This document shows, one piece after another, positions 1-10,060 of a stretch of 64,000 nt of DNA. Below the pieces are notes generated by a model. The model did not search any database. It had not been told where the DNA came from and worked only from the letters and a program-made list of their open reading frames with translations. The stretch spans positions 66,548 through 130,547 of the forward strand of contig CANOBK010000005.1 of NCBI GenBank assembly GCA_947564265.1. Direction: 5' to 3'. Each line of letters opens with the position of its first letter. Position 1 is the stretch's first letter. This stretch comes from an uncultured Bacillales bacterium (GTDB lineage Bacteria; Bacillota_I; Bacilli_A; RF39; UBA660). Both the position numbers and the translations under genes were made by a program.

Positions 1-64
1 ACTCTTATACCAGTCAGATGGTTCGAACTGCCAAAAAATTAATGGAATTAATGTAAAAATAAAA

Positions 65-96
65 AGGAAGAAACGTTTTTGATTTCTTCCTTTTTT
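65..96. terminator. Rho-independent terminator hairpin (AGGAAGAAA...TTTCTTCCT followed by a T-run) downstream of the minus-strand gene ending at 106
   Basis: inverted repeat aggaagaaa / tttcttcct with 9-nt loop, then TTTTTT. Confidence 0.5.
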
Positions 97-105
97 ATGT
101 CTTCT

Positions 106-1215
106 TTATGCACTTTGTAATCCCATTGTTTTTGAAAGAACACGATTTTGATAAGTAGATTGGTTCGTAACATCATCTAACACATGGATTTCACTTGGAA
201 TGATAATATCTCCTGTTTTTGTCATGGGCTCTACTTCCATCAAGACAAATCCATTCTCAAAAATATCGAGTCTTACATATTCATTTTGATAAAGAATGGT
301 ATATCTTGTCTTTTTAATCGAACTGCGAATTGGAGTGTTTTCTAAATAGTTTAGATACTCTTCTAGAGATAAATTCCTTTTTTGAATTAGTCTAGAAGTA
401 CCATTTTCTAACTTTTCTTGAACGGTCATTGTATAATAATGATCTTGATCCATTTCTACATTCCTAATTCTAAATTCATAAGGACTGTCTGGGTAATCTA
501 GATAAAACTGATGAATCTTAGACTTGGAACAGAGTTGCTTAAACTGAATGAATTCGACAGTGTTTGCATCAACAATATACTTTCTTTGATTTCGAAAGGC
601 AACTTGAAGATCTAAAGTTTCTAGACAAAAGTCTAAAACAGTGTTTACTTTTTCAGAGAAATCCGCCTCATTCTCTACAATCTTTAAATTGGAATGTCCA
701 CTCCAAGCTTGTAATGTTTTTTGATCCAATAGAATTGCTTCTTCCTTGCTTTCTGTTCTGGCAGTATTATTCTCTAATGTATAGATGCCATTTTCTGCAC
801 GTGCTGCGGTTACCATATGAATGACGGCATCATATCGATTCTTGAGTTCTTCTTCTTTTAAATTTCTAGAAGCAAGTAATCTCTTCCAATCTGGATAATC
901 TAAGTAAGCCTTATTATCCAAAACCCCACGGTCATATAGAATGACAACATCTCTACCAGATGCTTCTAGTAGGTTTGCAGCTTGATTATAAGTTTTTTCT
1001 TTTGCTAGTTGATAATCCAAAATGATTCCTTGAAAGTCAAGTCCATACAAAGCTTGATCTCCAAAAGGACGAACACCACCTTGTATTAATTCGGTTGCGC
1101 TTTCCGGAACAATTAATACCGCATACCCCTTTTCCAATAGATAACTTTCTAATTTGGAAAGTGCTGTTGATTTTCCTGCACAAGGACCTCCAGTTAAAAC
1201 AATTCTTTTTATCAT
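106..1215 (-). CDS. AAA_28 (NadR-like) P-loop ATPase fused to a C-terminal CYTH (triphosphate tunnel) domain
   Basis: N-terminal Walker A GGPCAGKST with NadR/AAA_28-like body; C-terminal ~170 aa has CYTH-like RKYIV start, an EFRIR motif and terminal acidic LMEVE motifs. Confidence 0.55.
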   Translation of the reverse strand: MIKRIVLTGGPCAGKSTALSKLESYLLEKGYAVLIVPESATELIQGGVRPFGDQALYGLDFQGIILDYQLAKEKTYNQAANLLEASGRDVVILYDRGVLDNKAYLDYPDWKRLLASRNLKEEELKNRYDAVIHMVTAARAENGIYTLENNTARTESKEEAILLDQKTLQAWSGHSNLKIVENEADFSEKVNTVLDFCLETLDLQVAFRNQRKYIVDANTVEFIQFKQLCSKSKIHQFYLDYPDSPYEFRIRNVEMDQDHYYTMTVQEKLENGTSRLIQKRNLSLEEYLNYLENTPIRSSIKKTRYTILYQNEYVRLDIFENGFVLMEVEPMTKTGDIIIPSEIHVLDDVTNQSTYQNRVLSKTMGLQSA

Positions 1216-1261
1216 AAAAACCCTCTCTTATTTTTAATTTTTATATTTAATTTTTCATTTT

Positions 1262-1909
1262 TTACTGACTTTGATCTGTAAGTACTAAATTTCGTATCTT
1301 TTGGTTATAAATATCATATCTCCTAACTAAATCCTGTTGTTCTTCTATGGTTGCATCTCTCATTAAATCTTTATAAAATCCACAGTTTCCGAAGACTTCT
1401 GGACATCCTCCACAGCGAACGCATTGAGGAACATTGGACCAAGCAATCACCTCACTATATTTTCTAATTTCTTCAATCACCGCCTCCCAATATTTTCTAG
1501 TGGTAGGATCTGCACACATACAAAGTCTTTTTTCAGAAATGTTGATAAGGCCTTGCAGATTTGCATCCATTTCAACAGGGATAGGATTCATTTGACTTCG
1601 CTCTTCCCTTGTTACATTCGTTCGATCCTCTCTTTCTGTTGCGACAAATTTTTCACACCCTTCGTGATGCCTTACAAAGTGAGTACTAATTGCATAAGGG
1701 ATGTTTTCCCATTTCCAACTAGTAATTCCTCTTCGTATGGGAGAATGTCTACAAATCAAGAGTTTCTTTTTCCAATCTGTATTTGGCTCTTTTCCTGCAG
1801 CTTTGTTGATGGTTGTCATGCATGCAGACTTAATTTTCATCCAATTGACATAGAAGTCTGTAATTTTTACAGTTGTATCATAATTTTTCATATTCTTCAT
1901 ATTCATCAT
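1262..1909 (-). CDS. ThyX-like (flavin-dependent thymidylate synthase fold) protein with divergent motif
   Basis: Region HSP..I.S.KWENIPYAISTHFVRHHEG resembles the ThyX core around the RHR motif, but the motif reads RHH and the catalytic Ser positions are replaced; sits next to tdk in a nucleotide cluster. Assigned from memory of ThyX sequences, not a search. Confidence 0.35.
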   Translation of the reverse strand: MMNMKNMKNYDTTVKITDFYVNWMKIKSACMTTINKAAGKEPNTDWKKKLLICRHSPIRRGITSWKWENIPYAISTHFVRHHEGCEKFVATEREDRTNVTREERSQMNPIPVEMDANLQGLINISEKRLCMCADPTTRKYWEAVIEEIRKYSEVIAWSNVPQCVRCGGCPEVFGNCGFYKDLMRDATIEEQQDLVRRYDIYNQKIRNLVLTDQSQ

Positions 1910-1911
1910 TC

Positions 1912-2469
1912 CTAATAGATTTTTTTAATTTGTTTTGTTTTGGGATCGTATTCATGAATAGAGGCATGAGTAACACCAAACCTTTCCTTGTTCATATCAA
2001 GTGGAATTCCTTCTAATTCATAATAAACAGCGTTAATGACTCCTCTATGTGTCACAATCAATGAGTAATCTTGTTCAAGAAAGACGGGAAGGTTAATTTT
2101 AATTCTTTCGTAAAATCCCTCAAGAGATTCCCCATTTGGATAAACGGTATCTATCTGAATGTTTTGAAAGAAATCACGATTTTTAGGTTCTACTTTCATT
2201 TTAAATTCTCCATTAAAGTCTCCCTTGTTCTGCTCTCTCAGTTTTTCATCATAGATGATAGGAACTGGAAATTCTTCCCCTACCATTAAAGCTGTTTCTT
2301 TGGCTCTTTCAATATCACTACTATAGATTTGTTCGAAGTGGATGGGATTGTTTTTTAAAAACTCAATTGCTCTTTTTACTTGGTTTCTTCCTTCCCAGAT
2401 TAGTTGTCCATTACTCCATCCTCCAATAAATCTTTCATCATCTAGTCCATGTCTTAAAAAATAAATCAT
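1912..2469 (-). CDS. Histidine phosphatase family protein (phosphoglycerate mutase-like)
   Basis: N-terminal LRHG motif, typical ~185 aa His-phosphatase layout; 3-nt gap to downstream ThyX-like gene. Confidence 0.7.
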   Translation of the reverse strand: MIYFLRHGLDDERFIGGWSNGQLIWEGRNQVKRAIEFLKNNPIHFEQIYSSDIERAKETALMVGEEFPVPIIYDEKLREQNKGDFNGEFKMKVEPKNRDFFQNIQIDTVYPNGESLEGFYERIKINLPVFLEQDYSLIVTHRGVINAVYYELEGIPLDMNKERFGVTHASIHEYDPKTKQIKKIY

Positions 2470-2608
2470 AAACCCTCCTAATCAAGTGTAATAAGTACAC
2501 TTATAAATTGTTAAATATAGATGAATAGTTCAACCATAATTTTATTGTGTAAAAAATACACTTATAATAGAATAAAATATGGATGAATTTCTTCATCAGT
2601 TTTTTTCA

Positions 2609-3229
2609 TTAAATTTTTTTCAAATATTGCATATTCTTTTCGGGTAAAACTACTTCCTTTAGAAAGCAATTCCCACAAAGTGGTTCGTAAGTAATATTAG
2701 CATCACTTCCATCGATGATACATTCCTCTCCACTCATCGTATAAGCTCCATTTATTTTTCTTGCATTAAATAATGCTTTTTCTCCACATTTACAAAGTGG
2801 AATAATCGGTAGCTCATTTAGTTCATCCGCAAGTTCAAAGAATCTTCGGCTCCCCTCGAATAATCTTCCTTTAAAATTCGCCCGAAGTCCAAAGCCAATG
2901 ACTTGAATATCCAGTCTTTTGGAAATAGTCCAAAGTTCTTCTACTTGCTCTTTCGTTAAAAACTGTGCTTCATCGATAATGATAGCATCCATTTCAAATA
3001 TTCGAGAAAGATTAGCATCTGATAGAAAGCTCTCGTTTTTATCAATCCATAAATCAATCTTTCTTTGTGCACCTGATCTAGAAACAATATGGTCATCCCC
3101 TTTTGTATCAATACCCGGTTTCACTACGAGTGTTCGTTGATTATTTTCTTCTAGATTATAGGCCATTGGGATTAAGATTCCACTTTTTCCTCCCTTCATA
3201 GCGCTATAAAAATAAATTAATTTTGCCAC
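2609..3229 (-). CDS. tdk: Thymidine kinase
   Basis: Walker A GGKSG, IDEAQF motif, C-terminal zinc ribbon CKCG...CGNC; length 206 aa. Confidence 0.9.
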   Translation of the reverse strand: MAKLIYFYSAMKGGKSGILIPMAYNLEENNQRTLVVKPGIDTKGDDHIVSRSGAQRKIDLWIDKNESFLSDANLSRIFEMDAIIIDEAQFLTKEQVEELWTISKRLDIQVIGFGLRANFKGRLFEGSRRFFELADELNELPIIPLCKCGEKALFNARKINGAYTMSGEECIIDGSDANITYEPLCGNCFLKEVVLPEKNMQYLKKI

Positions 3230-3238
3230 AATACCTCC

Positions 3239-3913
3239 TTAAAAAATTCTTTTTTGTTTTTTTTCTTTTCGAAAGCGATACAACTTGGCAGGTTTCTTTC
3301 CTCCAAATTTTGCGGTTTCTCCCGTGTCTTCAATTAAATCTAAGGAAAGCATCCGTTTTCGAAAATTCCTACGATCATAATTTACTCCAAGAATCGATTC
3401 ATAAACCTTTTGAATCTCTGGAAGCGTGAACTCTTTTGGAAACAGACTTTCTAGAATATCTGATTCAACGATACTTTCTTTGAGTTTTTCTAACGCATCT
3501 TGGATAATCTCTTGATGATCATAGGCAAGTGGTGGAATCTGATTAATGGCAAACCATCCTGCATTCGATGTTTTTAAAGTAGAAGTTAAAAGTTCTACTT
3601 TGAAACGATCAATGACCCCAAAATAAGAAATCCCAATCATACGCATACAAGGAGATCGATGAACTTTTCCGAAGACACTGCATTGTCTTAAGTTAGGAAT
3701 AACAAGTCCTGTTTTTTCAAGGAGCTCTCTTCTCATACCATCTTCTAAATCTTCATCATTATATAGAGCCCCACCTGGGAGTGACCACATCCCATAAAAT
3801 GGTTCATTTTTTCTCTCTACGAGTAAGATTTTTGTAATTCCATGATCGACAGTAAAGATGGCTGCCATTACATGAATCCCTTGTTTCTTATATCTCGGAT
3901 TATTGATTTCCAT
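3239..3913 (-). CDS. NUDIX hydrolase with C-terminal winged-helix domain (NrtR-like)
   Basis: Nudix box GGALYNDEDLEDGMRRELLEKTGL; ~90-aa C-terminal extension typical of NrtR-family proteins. Confidence 0.65.
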   Translation of the reverse strand: MEINNPRYKKQGIHVMAAIFTVDHGITKILLVERKNEPFYGMWSLPGGALYNDEDLEDGMRRELLEKTGLVIPNLRQCSVFGKVHRSPCMRMIGISYFGVIDRFKVELLTSTLKTSNAGWFAINQIPPLAYDHQEIIQDALEKLKESIVESDILESLFPKEFTLPEIQKVYESILGVNYDRRNFRKRMLSLDLIEDTGETAKFGGKKPAKLYRFRKEKKQKRIF

Positions 3914-4112
3914 ATCATCACCACAATTCTATTATATGTGTACCTTTTACACAAGTCAATAGTAAATTTTATAATATGACAAAATTGTAAGGAAATTCCT
4001 AGGAAAAAAAGTGGAAAAGGGTAGAAAATATGGTATACTGAATATGAATGTAAAGAATAATAGGAATAAATGTTTGTAAAAAGGATAAAACAAAATAGAA
4101 AGGGAGAGAAAC

Positions 4113-5294
4113 ATGAAAAAAACAATTATGGATTTGGATCTTGCAGGAAAGCATGTAATTATTCGTTGTGATTTTAATGTTCCACTAAAAGATGGAAAAA
4201 TTATAGATGATACTAGAATTGTAGAAAGTCTCGATACGATTCGTTATGCGATTGGACAAAGAGCAAAAATTATTTTAATGTCTCATTTAGGTAGGATTAA
4301 AGAGGAAAGCGATTTAGAAAAAAATAGTCTAACACCAGTAGCCATGTGTTTAGGAGAGTTGTTGAGACTTCCAATTAAATTTATTAATCGAACAAGAAGT
4401 GAAAAACTAAAAGAAATTGTTGCCAATATGAAAGAAGGGGAAATCGTTCTCATTGAAAATACAAGATTTGAAGATTTGGATGGTAAAAAAGAAAGTTCCA
4501 ATGATGAAGAATTGGCTTCTTATTGGGCAAGCCTAGGAGATATTTTTATCAATGATGCTTTTGGAACGATTCATAGAGCACATGCTTCTAACGTTGGAAT
4601 CGGGAGTAAATTACCGAATGCAATTGGGTTCTTAGTAGAAAAAGAACTTTCTGCCTTAAGCAGATTAGATAATCCAGAAAGGCCTTATGTTGTCATTTTG
4701 GGAGGATCCAAAGTATCTGATAAAATCGGAGTCATTCAAAATTTAGTAGAAAAAGCCGATAAGATTATCATAGGTGGGGGAATGGCATTTACTTTCTTAA
4801 AAGCGGCCGGATATAATATTGGTAACTCTATTTTAGATAATGAAAACATTAATTTTTGTAAAGAAATATTAGAAAAATATCAGAGTAAAATTATTCTTCC
4901 AGTCGATGTAAATGCAGCTATCGATACAAAAGAAAGTACACCGAGTCGGATTGTAAAAGTAGGAGATTTACAATCTAACGAAATGGGATTAGACATTGGG
5001 ACCGAGACCATTAATCTATTTGCGAAGCATCTAATGAATGCCAAAACGGTAGTATGGAATGGACCTCTTGGTATGTATGAAATTCCGAAATATAGTATTG
5101 GAACAGAACAGATACTAAGATGTGTAACAGAATACAAAATTGAAACCATTCTTGGTGGTGGAGACATTGTCGCTGCCTCTAAAAAATTAGGTTACAAGGA
5201 TAAAGTAAGTCATGCATCTACAGGTGGGGGAGCAACACTTGAATATTTAGAAGGAAAAGAATTGCCAGGATTAAAAGTAATCAACGAAAAATAA
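4113..5294 (+). CDS. pgk: Phosphoglycerate kinase
   Basis: 393 aa, conserved PGK N-terminus (RCDFNVP) and C-terminal GGGA region; RBS GGGAGAG upstream. Confidence 0.95.
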   Translation: MKKTIMDLDLAGKHVIIRCDFNVPLKDGKIIDDTRIVESLDTIRYAIGQRAKIILMSHLGRIKEESDLEKNSLTPVAMCLGELLRLPIKFINRTRSEKLKEIVANMKEGEIVLIENTRFEDLDGKKESSNDEELASYWASLGDIFINDAFGTIHRAHASNVGIGSKLPNAIGFLVEKELSALSRLDNPERPYVVILGGSKVSDKIGVIQNLVEKADKIIIGGGMAFTFLKAAGYNIGNSILDNENINFCKEILEKYQSKIILPVDVNAAIDTKESTPSRIVKVGDLQSNEMGLDIGTETINLFAKHLMNAKTVVWNGPLGMYEIPKYSIGTEQILRCVTEYKIETILGGGDIVAASKKLGYKDKVSHASTGGGATLEYLEGKELPGLKVINEK

Positions 5295-5313
5295 CCAAAA
5301 TAAGGAGTAAACT

Positions 5314-6330
5314 ATGAAAGGTGTAAAGAAAAACAGTATTATTTTATTAGCAATTACCATTATAATTGTTGCCTTTGTCTTAAAAGATGACTTTAATGCC
5401 ATTATGGAAGCACTATTGAAAGCAAATCTTCTTATCTTAGTCCTTGCATTTCTTTGTCAGATAGTAGCGATCATGTTTGAGGCACTCGCCTATAAAAAGG
5501 TAGTAGATAGCTATACTGATCATTATTCTTATAAAAGTGCTTTAAAAATGCAATTTATTACAAAATTTTTTAATGGAATTACACCATTTTCTACTGGTGG
5601 ACAACCGATGCAAATTTATCTTCTTAAAAAAGATGGTTTCCGATTGACAAAAGCAACCAATATTATTATGCAAAACTTCATTCTATATCAAGCAGCCTTA
5701 GTAACTTATGGAATTGTTGCTTTAGTCATCAATTGGCAGTGGAATCTATTTCCGGAAGTAACGTTACTAAAAAATTTGATCGTACTAGGATTTTTTATGA
5801 ATACCTTAGTTATGTTGGGACTAATAGTGGTCAGTTTTAGTAGTAAGTTTAATCACGTAATGATTGATAAGATTATTGCCCTTCTTGCCAAATTAAAAAT
5901 TGTAAAAGATAAAGAAAAGAAACAGGCAGAATGGAGTGAGAGAGTAGATGATTTTCATCAAGGAACTACCTATTTAAAACAACATAAAAGGTTGTGCTTT
6001 CAGTCCTATCTTTATAATTTAATCTATTTAACACTAAACTATTTAATGCCATACTTCGTAATAGCGTCTCTCTTAGGATTTAATAATCCAGTAACGCCAG
6101 TAGGTGCCATTTGTTCATCCGCATATATCTTGATTATTGGTTCCTTTGTACCAATCCCAGGTGCTTCAGGAGGAATTGAATATGGATATTTAAGATTCTT
6201 TGGATCTTTTATAAAAGGAAGTATTCTAAAAGCCTCTCTTCTAATTTGGAGATTTATTTCATATTATTTCTTAATGATCGTAGGTGCGGTCACATTTAAT
6301 ATCAAGGGAAGTGACAAGAAATGCGAATAG
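5314..6330 (+). CDS. Flippase-like / lysylphosphatidylglycerol-synthase TM-region (UPF0104) family membrane protein
   Basis: Multi-pass membrane protein with GGQPMQIYLLKK motif typical of UPF0104; immediately followed by and overlapping a GT4 glycosyltransferase. Confidence 0.6.
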   Translation: MKGVKKNSIILLAITIIIVAFVLKDDFNAIMEALLKANLLILVLAFLCQIVAIMFEALAYKKVVDSYTDHYSYKSALKMQFITKFFNGITPFSTGGQPMQIYLLKKDGFRLTKATNIIMQNFILYQAALVTYGIVALVINWQWNLFPEVTLLKNLIVLGFFMNTLVMLGLIVVSFSSKFNHVMIDKIIALLAKLKIVKDKEKKQAEWSERVDDFHQGTTYLKQHKRLCFQSYLYNLIYLTLNYLMPYFVIASLLGFNNPVTPVGAICSSAYILIIGSFVPIPGASGGIEYGYLRFFGSFIKGSILKASLLIWRFISYYFLMIVGAVTFNIKGSDKKCE

Positions 6331-7580
6331 GAATTTTTACAGAAACCTATACTCCATATATTAGTGGACTAGTAACAAGTGAAGTGATGCTTAAAAAAGC
6401 ATTAGAAAAATTAGGACATACCGTCTATGTAGTTACAGCGAACCTCGAAAGCTTTCATTATGATTACGATGAAAAAGAACACATTTTAAGAATTCCAGGA
6501 ATTCCAACAGGGATTTATGATTCCCGCCTTACAGGTCTTTATCCGATTAAAGCGGTTAATATTATAAAAACATGGAAATTAGATATTATTCATTCTCAAA
6601 CAGAATTTGCAGTGGGAACCTTCGCGAGACTTCTTGCCTTTCAATTAGATATTCCGCTCGTTCATACTTACCATACGATGTATGAAGATTATGTTCATTA
6701 TGTGACCAAAGGTTATTTTGATAAATCGAGTAAAAAGGTTGTGGAGTATTTAACAAAATTCTACTGTGATAGGACAGCGAGTGAGCTCATTGTACCAACA
6801 AAAAAAACATATGATTTATTTAAAGAAAAATATAAAGTAGATAAAAATATCCATATTATTCCAACAGGAATTGAACTAGAACGTTTTTACGAAGAAAATC
6901 TAGACCCAGAAAAATTAAAGAAATTAAGAAAAAAATGTGGGTTTAAAAAAGAAGATTTTGTCGCAATCTTTGTAGGAAGAATTGCCCAAGAGAAAAATAT
7001 TGTTTATTTAATAGATGTGGTTCGGGATTGCTTAGACGAATGTCCCAATTTAAAAATGTTAATAGTTGGAGATGGTCCAGATGCCGAAGAGTATCATGAA
7101 TTAATCAAAAGTTATGGCTTAGAAGATAAAATTTTGATGGTAGGAAAGACTGCTTGGGAGGATACCCCTTATTATTATCATTTAGCAGATATCTTTTTAA
7201 CCGCTTCTACGACGGAAACGCAAGGACTTACCGTGATTGAAGCAATGGCCTCTGAAGCGACTCCAATTTGTATTGAAGATGAGAGCTTTGTAAATACTGT
7301 GATTGATGATTTAAATGGAAAGTTATTTAAAACAAAAAAAGGTTGTAAAAAAGCGATTGTAGAATTATACCGTGATAGGGATAAAAATAAAAAACTAGCA
7401 AAGCAAGCAAGAATTAATGTAGACCGTTATAGTTCCAGTTATTTTGCGGAATCAGTATTAAAAGTATATCAATATGCTTTAGAACATAAGGAAAATAGGC
7501 TAGGAGTATTTGGAAAATTAGTAGAAAAATTTAAAGGAGAGAAAGAAGAAAAAGATGAAACTGATCATAAGCAATCATAA
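6321..7580 (+). CDS. Glycosyltransferase family 4 (diacylglycerol glycosyltransferase-like)
   Basis: GT4 fold features (N-terminal sugar-acceptor domain, E..E C-terminal motif region GRIAQEKN...EAMAS); overlaps upstream membrane gene by 10 nt. Confidence 0.75.
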   Translation: MRIGIFTETYTPYISGLVTSEVMLKKALEKLGHTVYVVTANLESFHYDYDEKEHILRIPGIPTGIYDSRLTGLYPIKAVNIIKTWKLDIIHSQTEFAVGTFARLLAFQLDIPLVHTYHTMYEDYVHYVTKGYFDKSSKKVVEYLTKFYCDRTASELIVPTKKTYDLFKEKYKVDKNIHIIPTGIELERFYEENLDPEKLKKLRKKCGFKKEDFVAIFVGRIAQEKNIVYLIDVVRDCLDECPNLKMLIVGDGPDAEEYHELIKSYGLEDKILMVGKTAWEDTPYYYHLADIFLTASTTETQGLTVIEAMASEATPICIEDESFVNTVIDDLNGKLFKTKKGCKKAIVELYRDRDKNKKLAKQARINVDRYSSSYFAESVLKVYQYALEHKENRLGVFGKLVEKFKGEKEEKDETDHKQS

Positions 7581-8265
7581 AATGAATTTTACATTAGAGG
7601 AAATTAAAATTTATGTAGAACAGCTAGAAACAGTTCAAAGTAAGAACAATCTCCTAGTTTTTTGCCCTAGCTTTTTATATTTACCTTATTTTAAAGGGAA
7701 AAACTATTCTTTAGGAAGTCAAAATGTAGCAAGTCAAAAGATGGGTGCCTTAACAGGAGAAGTTTCTGTAGAACAATTAAAATCTTCTGGAGTAAGTTAT
7801 GTAATTATTGGTCACTCAGAACGAAGAAATCTCTTAAAGGAAGATAAAGACTCTATTCAGAAAAAGATTTCTCTTTGTTTAGAAAATGAAATCACTCCCA
7901 TTTTATGTATTGGGGAGCAGTTGGAAGAAAAAAATCAAAAAGAAAAAGTACTACAGGAAGAAATAGATAGTGCCTTCCAAGAAGGACAAGCCTTAGATGA
8001 GATCATTATCGCCTATGAACCAATTTGGTCGATTGGAACAGGAATTATTCCAAGTAAGGAAGATATTACTTCTACATTTGAATGGATTAAATCTTATGTA
8101 AAAGAAACATATCATGCGAACTGTAAAGTTATTTATGGTGGCAGTGTCAATGAAGAGAATATCCGGCTGTTAAATCAGATTCAAATCATTGACGGATACT
8201 TACTCGGTGGAGCAAGTCTTGAAATAGAAAAATTAAGAGAAATAATTAAAGTAGTGGAGGGATAG
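7555..8265 (+). CDS. tpiA: Triosephosphate isomerase
   Basis: AYEPIWSIGTG and GGS motifs; start overlaps GT4 gene end, so exact start is uncertain. Confidence 0.9.
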   Translation: MKLIISNHKMNFTLEEIKIYVEQLETVQSKNNLLVFCPSFLYLPYFKGKNYSLGSQNVASQKMGALTGEVSVEQLKSSGVSYVIIGHSERRNLLKEDKDSIQKKISLCLENEITPILCIGEQLEEKNQKEKVLQEEIDSAFQEGQALDEIIIAYEPIWSIGTGIIPSKEDITSTFEWIKSYVKETYHANCKVIYGGSVNEENIRLLNQIQIIDGYLLGGASLEIEKLREIIKVVEG

Positions 8266-8266
8266 T

Positions 8267-8434
8267 ATGAACTTAAATATTATTGATGACATTGGTACAT
8301 GGTTTGAAAAAACAATGAAAGATTTAGAAAATTTAGTAGTGGAGCATTATAGTGAACCATTATTTTGGATCTTAATCGTCGTCATTGTATTAGCGATTGT
8401 AGCGTTTGCTTTTAACTCTTTATCAGATCGATAG
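8267..8434 (+). CDS. Small membrane protein (55 aa, one C-terminal TM helix), hypothetical
   Basis: ATG 8267 preceded by GGAGGG RBS; below the ORF-track length cutoff; hydrophobic stretch FWILIVVIVLAIVAFAF. Confidence 0.35.
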   Translation: MNLNIIDDIGTWFEKTMKDLENLVVEHYSEPLFWILIVVIVLAIVAFAFNSLSDR

Positions 8435-8448
8435 AAAATTCTTTTCTT

Positions 8449-8514
8449 TTCGACACTATTTGACAAAACTAGTGTTTCTTCGCCGTATCATTTTGTAAAA
8501 TATTATTGTATAAT
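8449..8514 (+). promoter_or_regulatory. spo0A upstream regulatory region: 0A-box (TTCGACA = reverse complement of TGTCGAA) and extended -10 TGTATAAT
   Basis: TTCGACA at 8449-8455; TGTATAAT at 8507-8514, about 30 nt upstream of the spo0A ATG. Confidence 0.4.
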
Positions 8515-8544
8515 GAAGATGCGTGTAGTAAGAAAGGGGAAAAT

Positions 8545-9318
8545 ATGAAAAAGGTCAGAGTACTTATGATCGATGATAATATCGAGTTAGTAGGAATGAT
8601 TAAGGAGTATTTTAAGAATCACGCTAGTATAGAGTTAGTTTTAGAAGCGAATGATGGAGAAGAAGGATTGGACTTAATCCGAAAAAGACAAAATGAATAT
8701 GACACGATTATTTTGGATTTAATTATGCCAAAACGTGATGGATTATTTATTTTAGATGCTATGAAGAAAGAACAGATTGATAAAAAGGTAATTGTTCTAA
8801 CTTCTTATAATTCACAAGATATGATTAGGAAAGTATCAGAATATGGAGTAAACTATTTTATACTAAAACCATTTGAATTATCTGATTTGGAGAGAAGATT
8901 AGAAGAGTGTCAAGAGAATAGTAGTTATCGCAATACATCGATTGATATTTATCATAATAACTTACAAATCTCGATCACGAAAATTCTGCATGAATTAGGA
9001 ATTCCATCACATATTAAAGGATATCAATATATTAGGGAAGGAATCTCTATTATTTATGATAAACCAGATGTAATCGGAGGAATCACGAAAGAATTATATC
9101 CAAGTATCGCCGGAAAGTTTGATACGACAGTTTCCCGTGTAGAGCGTGCGATTCGTCATGCGATAGAAGTCAGTTGGAATCGTGGGGATTGGGATTTGAT
9201 GGAAGATATTTTCGGACATAGTGTCGATATTGATAAAGCAAAACCAACCAATTCAGAGTTTATTGTCACAGTCGCAGATAAATTAAGATTAGAATTTCAA
9301 AGAAATTATAGTAAGTAA
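8545..9318 (+). CDS. spo0A: Stage 0 sporulation protein A (response regulator)
   Basis: REC domain plus unmistakable Spo0A_C signature (GYQYIREGI..., [33 protein letters not shown]); start chosen at [11 protein letters not shown] with RBS AAGGGGA. Confidence 0.93.
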   Translation: MKKVRVLMIDDNIELVGMIKEYFKNHASIELVLEANDGEEGLDLIRKRQNEYDTIILDLIMPKRDGLFILDAMKKEQIDKKVIVLTSYNSQDMIRKVSEYGVNYFILKPFELSDLERRLEECQENSSYRNTSIDIYHNNLQISITKILHELGIPSHIKGYQYIREGISIIYDKPDVIGGITKELYPSIAGKFDTTVSRVERAIRHAIEVSWNRGDWDLMEDIFGHSVDIDKAKPTNSEFIVTVADKLRLEFQRNYSK

Positions 9319-9340
9319 GAGCTTTTTATAAAGTTCTTTT
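9309..9340 (+). repeat. 32-bp direct repeat copy 1 (TAGTAAGTAAGAGCTTTTTATAAAGTTCTTTT) covering the last codons and terminator hairpin of spo0A
   Basis: Identical 32-mer recurs at 10029-10060; contains AAGAGCTTT/AAAGTTCTT imperfect hairpin followed by a T-run. Confidence 0.7.
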
Positions 9341-9471
9341 CTTTATCCTTAGGATGATTTAAATTTTATTTTTATATCACAATAAATTGTAGATAGACCT
9401 TAAAAAAATTGACAATTGTAGCATAATCTGTTATAATCTAAGCACTATTTTGGTAGGGGGAAAAGTACTTT

Positions 9472-10038
9472 ATGAAGAATTTTAAATTAAATAGAAGTTT
9501 AGGTGCTTTCTTATTATCAGGCACGATTGCAGCAACTTCCGTTGGATGCGGTAAAGAAGAACCAAAGTTAACAGTGGTTGAAACTATGCAAGAAGCACAA
9601 AGTTTTGATTTATTACAAGATGAAGATAAATTAATAATTACAACAGTAGATGCGATGGGAAAAGAAAAAACTAGCTTTGTACATAGAGAATGTTTGGATA
9701 ATTTAATAAATTGTAATCAAAGAAAAAAATACCAGTCGTCTGAAGAGTATCGTAAATATCATAGAAATGGGTACTATGCAAGAAATATTTATTTATATTT
9801 TGATGCATTCGAAGGGGATTTGCTTTCTGTAGAATATATTGATAGTGATAAGCATGTATTCAAAGATAATGAGACCAATACTTCTTATATGATTTCAGAA
9901 ATTGTCGATACGGATTTCGCTTATAATTATGCTGTTTTGTATTATGGAGATCAAGATAGCTATAGTAGGGATGAAATGCAACAATTAATTCAAATGATTA
10001 TCGATGATAAATCAGTAAAAAAGATAGGTAGTAAGTAA
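9472..10038 (+). CDS. Putative lipoprotein, hypothetical
   Basis: Signal peptide with lipobox-like SVGC; no recognisable domain. Confidence 0.5.
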   Translation: MKNFKLNRSLGAFLLSGTIAATSVGCGKEEPKLTVVETMQEAQSFDLLQDEDKLIITTVDAMGKEKTSFVHRECLDNLINCNQRKKYQSSEEYRKYHRNGYYARNIYLYFDAFEGDLLSVEYIDSDKHVFKDNETNTSYMISEIVDTDFAYNYAVLYYGDQDSYSRDEMQQLIQMIIDDKSVKKIGSK

Positions 10039-10060
10039 GAGCTTTTTATAAAGTTCTTTT
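10029..10060 (+). repeat. 32-bp direct repeat copy 2 covering the last codons and terminator of the lipoprotein gene
   Basis: Identical to 9309-9340. Confidence 0.7.

Noticed and set aside
564-824. Plus-strand 86-aa ORF
   Set aside because: Fully contained in the minus-strand AAA_28-CYTH gene; shadow ORF.
3868-4125. 85-aa minus-strand ORF in the pgk upstream region
   Set aside because: It sits in an AT-rich intergenic or promoter region, the predicted protein is low-complexity, and it overlaps the pgk start.
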